From: Hyphochytrium catenoides
Taxonomy: Eukaryota > Protista > Hyphochytriomycota
DNA: 64,000 nucleotides
Assembly: GCA_900088475.1 (NCBI GenBank)
Contig: FLMG01001356.1
Span: 34,188 to 98,187, forward strand
Direction: 5' to 3'
The translations under genes were made by a program, and so were the position numbers. Of the stretch, positions 47,484 through 59,386 are shown in pieces; the first letter of the stretch is position 1, and each line of letters begins with the position of its first letter. A model generated the notes under the pieces. The model saw only the letters and a program-made list of their open reading frames with translations. It was not told the DNA's origin and ran no database searches.

Positions 47484-49235
47484 ATGCTGCACACGCTAGA
47501 ATGCCCGCAATGTCGGATGGAGTACTCTATCGCCACTGAGCACGTTGGCGCAAGATTCCAATGCCCTCAATGCAGTTGCCTGTTTGTGACACGAATTGCA
47601 ATGGGGGGTTTCATAGAAAGCTCGATCGAGCTAGACGGAAAAGTTGAAGAAACGGGCTCTAGTACGGAATACGGCGAGGACGACAGGGTAAGTGTACTAG
47701 GGAAGGAATACGATGCGATCCAGGGGAACGCAGACGCCTTCCATGGTATAAGCAATGCACCTGGGTATCCAAATCCTGCTAGCGAAACCCCCATATCGTG
47801 GAAAGACAACCCACTGGCATCTGCGACCATGGTATTGCCTGGTGATAGTCAAGGCAATGAGCCGCGCAATAGTCTCTTTTCAGCGAAGGACCATGCGGAG
47901 TTGTCCAAACTTCTTGAGCTGCCGGGTGCAACTATGGCCTTGCGAAGTGCTGATCAACAGGCACTTAACTCCTTCACAATCATGGAGATAAAGAAGATAC
48001 TTCAGTACCTCCGTGAGAAGTACGGACTTCCAATGGGTCTAGAGGTGACTGGGAAGAAGTCAATCCTTCTGGATCGCCTTTGGGAATTTCTGAAAAGTCC
48101 AATGTATGAGAGGCAAAGCACAACTGAAGAGCTCACAGCGCTTGACGAACAGAAGATAGCTCATAGTCTAATGGACGTAGATGAAAACAACCTCATTAAC
48201 GTTGCATGTCCGGAGTGCCAGGTCGAACATCAAGTGGATGCGGCGACGATCATGAGCAATCCTGGAACTCATTATGAATGTCCTGATTGTGGTTCCCTTT
48301 TCTCGGTGAGTCTTCCGCGGCCAGGCGAGGTACTAGTGGAGCGTGGACTTGTCGACTACGCTAATGATTATGAAGTCAGCCCTCAGGCAAGAGTCAACAT
48401 AGAGGAATCATGTTTGCAAGACCATAAGACGGACAGCTTGGCAGACGTCTCCTGCAAGATCCTGGTACAGCACACAGCAACACCAATCGGCGACAGCTCA
48501 ATAGAACCTGACCTAGCAACCAAAATACCCTTAGTGGCAGCTTCAGGCATCGATGACAGAGTTGCTTTGAGGGCCTTAAGACTGTGTGCAGGAAGCGTCT
48601 CGAAGGCCATAATTTGTGGACTCGAGCTCCAAAAACACTCGCGTGCGCTCACGCAGAGGCACCTTTCGCTGAAGGGGGATCAGGAGGTGATCAGGTCCCG
48701 GGGACTACCTAAAGAAGACGCAACAAGAGATACTTCCAGAAATCTTCTGACACTATTCCCACAGGTAACTAGGACCTTGATCATTGTCCGATGACTTAGT
48801 CCTTTTTTAACGTGCATTGCCGTCTGTCTTCTGCAGTCTCAACTACTAGATGCGACGTCAGGGTGTCTGCCTTTGCGGCAAATGGCAGAAGTCCTCTCAA
48901 GACCCTCTCTCGCAGAAGAATGCGGCAGGCTAGCGCTGTGGGCACTTATTCACACCATCCTTCAGCTTGAGGCGCAGATTCTTCACCTATTTTTTGATGT
49001 TGGCCGGATGTATATAAGAAAAGTGGCAAAACGAATTGAGAAGAGCTTTGAAAAGCAGCGGAAGTCTCAAAATGGGCTTCATGCGGACGAAGGAATGACC
49101 GGGATGCTTGCTGTTCGGGCCCCAGTACTTCAAAGAGAGATCAAACAGCTTGAAGACATCATGAACTTCGCCAGCAAGAACGGAGTTGATATACCGCCGC
49201 AGCTCTTAGAGGGCTATCTATCCCAGATCTTGTGA
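47484..49235 (+). CDS. Hypothetical protein with two CxxC-CxxC zinc ribbons plus SAP-like and UBA-like segments (2 exons)
   Basis: CPQC..CPQC and CPEC..CPDC; LNSFTIMEIKKIL...GLEVTGKKSILLDRL; GIDDRVALRALRLCAGSVSKAI; phase-0 intron 48765-48836. Confidence 0.7.
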
Positions 49236-49649
49236 GTAAGATCTGCATAACGTCCGGCATCTGGTTACTAGAGTCAGCAAACTTGTTGACCCACAGTCGG
49301 GCAGCTGCAGAGCACAACCAGAGCTCAGGTGCAGCAAGCCACCTATCTAATTGCTAATTAGCATTGTTTCGTTTGACATCTGCGAAAACGATTCTGGAAG
49401 CTTTCAAATTGATTTTCAGCGCCCGCAATTAGATTTTGAAACAACCCCAGAGCAATTTACGATATTCCGGCTCAGCAGCCCTTCTTTGTAGCTCCTCCAG
49501 ACAGGCTCCGGGCCACGCTTTCCCTTGGCCTACTATGAGCTTATTTCGCAGAGCTGTCACAAACAAATTTCACCGCAAGCGCACGATGCTCAGCACCAGT
49601 GCAGCGACTAAATGCAGACATTGAGATAGACGATAGTTAAATATTGAGC

Positions 49650-52600
49650 ATGACCGAAGAGGAAAATGGTCGGGAGGTTGATGGTGAAGATTGGCAGGAG
49701 GAGAGTGCAGTTTATCTCTCCGTATGGCTGGAGAAGGATAATCTTGGTGTGGCTACCTATGACGTATTATCTACACAGCTTGGAATTTTTGAGTCTCCTG
49801 TGCACTGGGGAGACCTTGATATGGTACGAGCGCATCAAGACGCTCAAGCTATTGCGCTTGTTGATGACTTTCGGTGTTCATTTGATTCCTCTAGATCTTG
49901 CAGATGATTAAGATGCAGTATCGTCCCACCGAGATCATAACTAGCGTCAAGATGATCCGGGAGAATGATGGAATGCTTGTCAAGCTACTGCGCAAGCCTC
50001 TGCTAGAGACATCGTCCACTTCGACACAAGCAGAGTTCAATGTGAAGCTTCTGAGACTTTCCGCCTTTGAGTACTCCCGCGCATGTGGGATGGTAGAGTC
50101 AATAAGGCTTGGTAAAGCAAGAGTAGGAGGAGGAGGAGGACTTGACCGTCAAGAGCAATATCTGTATATGCGCAGCTATATCGACTTCGAAGCTATCTCA
50201 ATGGTTCGTGCATTAGGAGGTAGGCCCCGACTACTTGCATGATGCTGTGCTTCAGCAGTTAGTCTCATAAAGTTCTCATGTGAATTATCAGGACTTCTGT
50301 CTCACCTCGTTGATACCAGAGTAAGACTCAAGGAACATGCACGCTTCGACACTGATTGCGGCTTACGGCAACTTGTATCCAGGTTGTAAGTCAGCTAGAT
50401 TCAAGCACAGAAATAAGGCTCTCCGGTATTGTTCATCTCAAGCTAGAGAATATCGCCTACGCAGATCCAGTGGCCATAAAGGCGCTCCAAATCTTTGAAA
50501 CAGTACGTCTTTCCGCAAAGCGATCTTTGACCATAGATATGCGCGTCTAATATCGCAAGACGATGGCTAAAGGAGAGCCACCCCTCTCAGATAAAAGGCG
50601 CAGGAAGAGCGAAAGGTAGGGCTCGTGCCGTATTTGAACACAAGTTGTGGCCAACTTGTCTCACTCCGTCAAGAGGGTTTCAGGTACAAGTACAATGAGC
50701 GAGATCACTAGCAATAGTGACCTCCTAGAAGGAACTGCGACTAATGCGGTACCAGCCTCCTTAGTCTCCTTGATCGATGCCATACCATCGCGGGAAGGAG
50801 GCTTCTCCGCCAATGGCTTCTGAAACCTCTCCGAGACATTGAGGAGATATCCCATCGACATCACTCGGTGGACTTCTTCCTCCGCCCTGAAAACAGAATG
50901 CAGATCAAGCGTATGGTGAGTTCGTGACGCTGATATTGGTGAGAACTACATTAACATAACATTGCGTAGCGAGGAGCGATGCGCAAAGTGAAAGATCTAC
51001 AGAAGATCATGCTTCGGATCAATACTGTGCATGCGACCGCCAAAGATTGGCTAATGCTCATTGAGTCCATTGACGGCTACGTTGCCATCAGGTAGGTAGA
51101 TTACGCAATTCAAGCTACGTTCTCGCCAGTGACGTCCAGCTCCACCACGCAGGGACATTATTCTGACTGACCTTCACCCCAACACTAACGAGGATAGCAT
51201 ACCTGCCATCCTGGACAACTTGGCACGCTTATCGCCCCTGGATGAGTTGCGGAGGATGCTGAATGCTGTGGTAGACATTGACGAGACGAGAAGGCATAGC
51301 TTTTTGACTATTCGCTCAGGAGTTGCCCCTGAACTTGATCGACTTCGGGCAGTGTATGCTGGCCTTGAAGAGGTCGACACATCCATTTCTTACGGTTGCA
51401 CGTACTGGCGGTGCGGTACTGATATATGTTCGCAGGTCTTGACGGAGGTTGCCAAAGAAGAGCTTATTCGTTACCCTTTCTTCTCTTCGTTGACTTGCGA
51501 ATATATTCCACAAGTGGGCTACCTTCTATGTACTGAGGATAGGTTACCGGAGCATCTCAGCCACGAACTATTGCTACAGTTCCGTCGAGAGTCGTCTACG
51601 TACTTCAAGGTACGCAGGTAGTCCTATAGGAGAAAAAACACATGCCCACAGCCACTCAGTCGCACTTCCAAACAGTCTTCCAGATGCTTTGAGCTTGACA
51701 ACGAGCTTGGCGATGTGCACGGACTTATAGTGGATTTGCAAGCAGGTTAAAAGCTCATGCTCATTATGGTCTTTCTCTGCGATCTGTTCCTCAGTGCTGT
51801 AAATACTCATACTGAAGACATGGCAAGACAGCTGGAGGAAATTGTTCTGGACTATGAACTAGAGATTCATGGTAATCAACCCTCAAACTGTTCTCAGGAC
51901 GTACCTGTGTCTTACGTAGTTCCCTCAGCAATCGCTTACAGTTTGGCAGAGTTGGATTGTGTTTCAAGCTTGTCAGCATGTGCTCTGGACTACAATTACG
52001 TTAGGTAAAAAGAAAGCGAGATCAGAATCGTCCAGAGCCCCAAATTTGACGCCTCAACATATGTAGGCCAATGGTTGTTGCGGAGCCGGTGTTGTTTGTC
52101 TCTAAGGGCAGGCATCCGCTTCAGGAGCTGACCGTAGAAACCTTCATTCCCAATGATGTAGCGATGGCCTCACAAAGAGACATAGAGTCGGTCAATCCAG
52201 TTAACATTGTTACGGGGCCAAACGGGTCAGGTAAGTTTAAAAGCTACGCACAGACTAGGAAGAGGAATTGTCAAGTCACCGGCACCACCTCACAACCAGT
52301 TTTGCAGGAAAGTCGGTTTACCTGAAACAAATTGGGCTTATCGTTTACATGGCACAAATCGGGTCCTTCGTTCCTGCTCAAAGTGCAGTAATAGGTGTAG
52401 CGGATCGGTTCTTCTGCCGAATACAGAGGTAGAGCCAATGCCTACTTTGCTGCCAAACTTCATCCTCTTACACTTGTTCTGACAATGACAATTACCATCA
52501 AAGCTTGGAAACAGTGGCTCTGTCACAATCCACGTTCACAATTGACTTGACACAGGTGACTGCAGCTCACACATCCTCGCAAATTCTGGTCCCTAACGTC

Positions 52601-53470
52601 GGCATGCAGGTCGCAGTTATGCTGCGGCACAGCACGGTCAACTCTCTACTGCTCATTGACGAGTTTGGCAAGGGGACCAATATCGCTGATGGTGTTGCCT
52701 TGATGGTAAGCCTCAATCTCGTCATTATTGGTTAACTACCAGGAACCTCTAACGATCATCGCCCTAGACTGCTGTGATTCGACATTTAGTTAGCCGGTCA
52801 AATGGAGCACCAAGGACTATTATAGCCACGCACCTTTTGGTACTAATTTGGCACTAAGCGTTCAAGAAGTGGAATGACCTAAACGCTTGCTGGTAGGAAA
52901 TGTTAGAGCTAGGAACTCTCAACGAGGGATCACATGCTGGGAAGGAGAAGGATAAAGACTTGCCTCGGGTCTTGCCAAGAACTGAACCAGGAATCTCGTA
53001 TTTTCGAATGGAAACTATCGACGAGGAAAACCCGGAAGAAGACGACGGGACCCACGGAATGGTCACTTTATTCCAAGTTAGACCGGGTATTGCCACGTCC
53101 AGCAGAGGGATATCATGTGCCGCCAGCGCAGGTAGAGAACAAGATTTACGCAATACTGGGAGGCATGAATGACCGCTGAAGAACAAGCGACACATCCTTG
53201 CATCTAGGAGTTCCTCAGAATGTGATCAAGAGGGCACAGGCCATTCGCCAAGCCATCGCGAACAGGGATCCCATTTATCCTCTCAGCACCGCTGCGACAG
53301 ATGACGGGCATCATAAGAGCAGTCAGGAAGCTCTGCGCAGAGTGGTGGAGGCTTACAAGAGAATCCAAGCCCAGTCCGAGAAGCCACATACTGCCGATGC
53401 GATAGAGAAGCTAAGAGTTGCAGTGGCAGATGCACTCTCCCTCGTAGAAATACCTCAGTCCTCCTTCTGA
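49650..53470 (+). CDS. MSH5: Meiosis-specific MutS homolog 5 (many exons)
   Basis: [80 protein letters not shown]. Confidence 0.92.
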
Positions 53471-54050
53471 TTATTCGACGCGATTGTGGCAGATAAATGG
53501 CAAAGGGAGTTCGATGCCCTAGGAACCTGTACACAATTGTATAACCCGCGAAACGTAGCGGGTAACGGCGAGGCTAACCGATCCGAGGATACGAAACTAT
53601 TGAAGGAAACGTTTTTTCGGCCCTTTGCAAGAGCATCCTCCACTTCTGCCTTCTCTTCGTCCCACCTTTTCTTCCTACGACCTGCCAATAATATCTCCTC
53701 CCGCTCATCAGCTCAATCAGCTCGACCGCCGTCCTGCCCTCGCGCTTCCATCGCTACTACTAACCATTGTCTATTGTCTCTTATCCATTGGAGGCGGATA
53801 CCTGGTAGGCCACGCTCTATCACCACTACTCACTGACAGAGATATTATCCTCAGAACGTCAGACATCGACCTCCCACAGCAGGAAGGGAGCCCCGTCTGG
53901 CCGTCATAATCTCCACGCAACGCCAGACCGAGGACACATTGATCGTTGGAACTTCCATCTTCGATCTCAACGTAGAGCACTTGCGTAAGAGCGCTCTGAT
54001 ATTCCTTTGTGGGGCAACTCGAGGGAGTCAATTTCTATTTTTGACAGGCG

Positions 54051-55155
54051 ATGACCACAAGGACGCGGAGGCCCCTGGGCCCTCTAAGAGACCAGGAGAA
54101 TGTGATAAGTATCAGAAGCGATGTGAAAAGAGCAAGTGCAAATGCGGGCCCTCTCTCCGGTAAGAGGCGGTCTTGGTCACATGCGAAATGATCTACGAAT
54201 TCATGCTGTCCCTTACAGGGCTTGGCAAAGCGATTAGCGCTGGCCAAACCCCAAGCAAAATCTTCGTCGATCCGTTGCCCGCTAAGGCAGAAGCATCCAC
54301 AAGGAAACCAAGGTAAACGAAGGAGCTGATCCTTCCTCCTCTCACTGTTGCCTTTGAGTTCATCCAGGTTCCACATCGTTTTCCTCATCATATACCTTGC
54401 TTAACCTTTGCTCTGCTTCGCGTAGACGAGCATTGGGCGATATCTCCAATCGTCAGCGTTCAACCCTGGAGGGGCCTCGCCCCGCTGAGAAGCAAGGAAA
54501 AGTGGCTGTGCCAGTCCTACGGGAGCCAGCCTACAAAAATAAAAGAGCTGTCCCTGAGATAGCCAGACCTCAAGATTCTCAAATTGATCTTATCCCGGTA
54601 TGCTTCATCTTTATCTCTCGTCAAAACTTAACGGCCACTGAGAGTCTCGTACAGAATATTGAGCTTCCTGCTGGGGGCCTAGGCCCAGAGCTACCTTCTA
54701 AGGAAGATATGAAGTATGCTACCAGATCTCTTTTTGACCTCGAGGGCCTGGACTCTGTGGAGGAGGAAGAGGCGGAGATCGAGATTGGACTTGAGAGCTT
54801 CAAGTGGCAGGATAACCTCATCGCCACGTTGGCGGTGGAAGAACAACAAGATGCTTCCTTGGGTCTGTTGCTCTTTAGACTCCTATCTTTGTTGGGATAA
54901 CAAACTCAGACGCTCTATCCTTTCATTCTAAGTCCTACGTTTAATTTGATGGGTAGGTCTATAGATGAGATACTGACACAGCTCTACTCTGTGCTGCCCG
55001 CAGCACTCAAGGAATTGGTTGCCTCCGATTTTGAAGACGTTCCGGAGCCGGACATGTTCTCCCCTCGTAATTTTAGGGATGATACCATATTCTCTCCTAG
55101 TGATCTCGACTTTGACTTGGACTTTGAGGTCAAGTTAGATCTTGGCAGCCACTAA
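54051..55155 (+). CDS. Securin/PATRONUS-like APC/C-substrate protein (5 exons, 257 aa)
   Basis: Exons 54051-54159, 54219-54312, 54426-54597, 54655-54862 and 54965-55155 join in frame. Motifs: RRPLGPL, DQEN, RRALGDISN, IPNIELP; acidic C-terminal half. Confidence 0.55.
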
Positions 55156-55395
55156 GCGCTGTGAACATGGCTCAACCCTGTGCGCAACCTGGTGCGTGCT
55201 TTTGTCCATAAATATACATGTCTTACAGAGATAGCCCTTCAATAACAATCCTGAGTAAATATATAAGCTAGCTTAGTAGTGACCACGATCTCCCACTTCC
55301 TCTACATCCTGCAACTGGCCCTATCTTCCTCGCTAATAACTCTTGACTGCCAGAGGACACCTTGCACTGCGACAACACAATTGTCTGTTGTCGAC

Positions 55396-58122
55396 CTATT
55401 CCTGCTCCTCTGCCGCGCTCGGCTTCTTCTCAAACATCCGCAAGCGGAGCTGTCTAAGCTGCTCCGCCGAGTCTAATTGCCTCGCGCCATCTTCCGAGGC
55501 CACGATCGTGGCAGGAGGCACTGGGGTGTCCTCGGGCACAGAAAATCTTTCGGTATAAGGTTGCGGCTCTTCTTTCGCTTCCTCTTCTACCTCCTCCAAC
55601 AGCGGAGCTGACATACTGTCTGCCTTGTCTCCTTCTAAAGTTGTCTTTGACTCTTCTGCACCCTCCGGTCTGCCCAAACCTGTCGAAGCTCCTTGAGAGG
55701 GACCTCGGGAGGCGCCAGCAGCGCTGGCACCAGCAGCGCTCGCCTGCATCTGCCTCATGAGACCAGATATATGAGCTTGCATTTCCGCAATTCGCTGCTG
55801 AAGCTCGACGGTGTCCATAGTGGATATTTCATCGGCGCTTAACAGTCTAACACCAGTTCCGGCCGTTGCGTTATTAAAAGATTGGACTCCTGATAGGCTC
55901 TGGTGACCCATAAATGGATGAGGGAAGAACGGTCCCATGTGACCCATCGTCGGTATACCTCCAGGGTGCTCAGTTGGGCCAACAAATCCAGGTATCTGAC
56001 CCGGGCCAAAGAACTGTCCAGGCGGGTACAGCGCTCCTAAAGGTTGAAACATCGGTGACAAGCCCGGTAACCCAAAAGATCCCGGAAATGCTCCTTGTCC
56101 GACCACCGCCGGACTATACATGTTGAAGTGGATATTTGGGATGGTGGGTGGCATGCCCAGATCAGGAAGCCCAAAGGTATTAGGGGCTGACGCAGCAGCA
56201 GTTGGCTGTGGAGTGGACGACATTGAAACAGGCGTGGCACCACCACCATGCTGTTGAGCGGGGGGCGGTATGTCTGCCGCTGGACGTGCCGGTGGTCGCA
56301 TCGGCGTGTTCGCTACTGGCCGAGGAGGAGGAGCTGCAACAAACGGTGGCTGAAAAGCTTGCGGCCTAGGCTCAACCGCAGGTTGAGCTTGAGCTTGATC
56401 GGGCATCGGGTCTTGACGCCTTTCCGCTGGCTGATCTGCACCCGCGTTGTCGGCCGGTACAGCCTCCGGGTTGGGTGGGGCAGGGCGTGGTGGAGGATCG
56501 TCGGAGGGAATATCGGCTCTACACGTGGGGCACGTCTGAAAGGCAGAGAGGAGAGTTGCGACGCGTATGATTGATGGTACGAGCTACCGTCAAAGATTGC
56601 TATGGGAGCTTAATAATCACTTCATTTACCTGTTGCCGTTGAAGCCACATGCGGAGGCAGTAGAAGTGGAAGATATGACTGCAGGGAAGCTTTTTGGCTG
56701 ACCCCAATTGCATCTCCTCTCTGCAGATAATGCAGACGTGATCGGTCTCATTCAGCTCCTCCTCCGAGGCATCTGGAAACCGCTCGTTCATGTTGCTCGT
56801 CAAACGACGATACCGGAAGTATGCTGACAACCGTCGCTCAAGGTTCTAATACAAGGAAGTCGGTGACATGTCAGGGGGGCAAGAGCCTGGATAAGGCGCA
56901 CAAATATGGGTATCGAGACGTCAAAGTAGAGGGAATCGGTACCAACAAGAGGTCTCCTTGACCAGTAGAATAGTAACAAGAGCAATACTGACGGAAAACG
57001 TAGCGAGCACAAAAACTTCGGGACTTACTCGTATTGAGACCCAGAGATCTCTGACGATGTGAAGGGGCAGTCCATAATAGCTGAATATGATAAGAAAGAA
57101 TATCTGTGGGATTTCGAGTTAGCGCTCCACTATTAGTTGAGTGGCTAGGGCGTTCGCGTAGCCGGTGAGAGCCAAGAAAGGGCAAGGGCGGTGAAGAAAG
57201 GTACAGAGCTTCAGCGTTTGATGAAGCAGGTGCCTACCACATAGACAAAAAGTCGAGTGACCTCCGTGGCCAGTTCCAAATAGAAGAGAAATGCAGCCTT
57301 ATTGTGCCACGTTCCGTCCACCCTGAGATCCAGTAGGTGCAGGATGTACCGAAAGAAGATGGAGATAAGTGTGATCAATAGTACTAGGAACTCGAACCCA
57401 AAGAGGATGAGAACCGAGGGACCATCTTCAAACACCATATAGCTGCAAACAGCCACAAAGGCCGAATCCATAATGGCCAGTGTTGACATCAACGCCACCA
57501 GTCTTAAATGAGTCAAGCGCGATACCGCCTCGGCCTGTTCAATCTGATGGCCGGGGAGATGGGACCAGAAGCTTAGATGCGAATCTTAATCCGAATGGCA
57601 AGAAAGTACGTACATATTCTATTCTTGACTGGCAGAGCCAATGGAAGATCTTGGCAAACAGTAAGGCTGTGAATAGGGCTACTACCCTCAGATTGATCTC
57701 TTCTCTAAATATGGTAAGAGCCAGGCACGTCTCCGTTATGGCATAGCGAGAGTTCTCATACAGGATCTGCTTAGCGCAAATGTGATGTCAGCCCTACGGA
57801 AGTTGTGGAGATTCGCTCTTCATTACCTCCACTTCGGCATCCCGCAGAGATCCCAGGAAGAGTGCCTTTGTAAACCGTCCAAAGAGGAGTGTTAGCACCA
57901 GGGCCATGTTACCGAGTACCTGGGCAGAGAGCGACTATGTGTTAAGGACAGTAAATACAAGGGGGCCCTGCAGACAAACGGTACCATGATACTGAACTTG
58001 GACGTCACGAGATATATGACGGTGGGAAAGAACTTCTGCTCTCGGGTCTGCCATGCGTACGCGACAACTCCGGTGAAGAGGAGCGTGCTGCCCAAAGTAT
58101 ACAGCCCAATCCTGCTCACCAT
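55396..58122 (-). CDS. HRD1: ERAD E3 ubiquitin ligase HRD1/synoviolin (multi-exon)
   Basis: FFPTVIYL, ITETCLALTIFREE, KIFHWL, LILFGFEF; RING-H2 CIICREEM...KKLPCSHIFHFYCLRMWLQRQQ/TCPTCR; Pro-rich tail. Confidence 0.93.
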
Positions 58123-59248
58123 CTTCCTTTTCCTCTGGAGTGGTATAGTTATGAGAACAGGCAAACACCAACAAAAAAGCTAGGTGGATCTCTTCTCCGT
58201 TAGCCTCGTGACGCTATGCTTGTTGCGGCTAAATGACCATCTCCATGTCAGAAATTCGACCCTTGAAGCTTCATTGCCCCATGGCTCCACGAAAGCGGCT
58301 ACGCAAACCCTTCGCTGATTCTCTCTATACCAGCATTGAGGTCCAAACAAATGATCGGCCAGGCGAGGCTACTTGTAGCCGTATCACTGACCCACAGCTA
58401 AAATCGCTAGCTCTGATCTAAATGCGCAGATTCGTTGACAACAAGCGGCCTTCGCATTGCCTTGGAAGACTCTCTACGGTTGTCCTGTGTGGCGCTTTGG
58501 AGACTGTGATGATGATCGCATTGCGGCTTCCTGCGGGTCTGCTGTCCTTGAGGTGCTGCTGCTTGATAGAGTGCCACTTGGCTGCTGCCGCTCACTGATT
58601 ACCAACGGTTGGATCTTACATTAGATATAACTAAGTAAATTAGTTTTCCTTGGTGATCTTTAGCTGATATATGCGTCATTTATAGGAGCGGTTGCCCTCT
58701 TCAAAGAGAGGAGCCTCTGAGCTCATAAGGTCCCCTAATTCTATACATTAACATAACACTATTAAGATAACCAGGCGGTGCCGTTATCCTGACAATAACA
58801 GGTAGCTGCATGTACCCGTACACACTTGGTGTACAAGTACAACTACTGATCTTTGTTGAAGTTCCTTTAGATAAAGAAAGGACGCACCATCTCTCAACAC
58901 GTCCGTCTAAGCGTTAGCCGCCTTATAACGAAAAGGCTTAAATCCTTCCCCTGTGTCATCTAAGCGTATTCCGGTCCTTTGTGCCATAGTGAAGGTGGAG
59001 CGGGAGCCAAGCGCCAGATGCCAGAGCCAGCGCGGCGCTGTTGCCCTTGACTTGTGAGGCGCCTCCATCATTTAGTCAGTCTCTGGCGCTCAGGCAGTGT
59101 GCGATGGACAAGCGATAGCAAAAGGAGTCAAGGTCTTTCACCCCGATCACCGAAGGCACAAGCTCTAATCACTTTGCTACAAGGCACTCAAGGCGAAAGA
59201 CTTGCACGAGCGCTGTTCTTATAAAAACGGGCTTCAAAACAGCGGAGG

Positions 59249-59271
59249 CGCGTGTACACGGTGTACACGCG
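59249..59271. promoter_or_regulatory. Perfect 11-bp inverted repeat CGCGTGTACAC-G-GTGTACACGCG upstream of the hydrolase gene
   Basis: Directly visible palindrome about 115 nt upstream of the ATG; function unknown. Confidence 0.3.
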
Positions 59272-59386
59272 TTTATGCGGAGTAGGTTCAGCTTTTAGCA
59301 GACTTGACGAAAGGAGATCTTTATCATTAGGGTGATTCCCTTATGACGTTGGCTTAGGGCTCGGTCTGGTGGGCACTTGCTGACCA

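Noticed and set aside
53486-53909. ORFs between MSH5 and the securin-like gene, one with a hydrophobic stretch
   Set aside because: Non-ATG starts and no family motif; more likely promoter or 5' UTR of the downstream gene.
3496-58974. TATTCCGG word upstream of kinesin, MSH5 and the HRD1/hydrolase pair
   Set aside because: Only four copies noticed, one inside a gene; about two are expected by chance on both strands of 64 kb.
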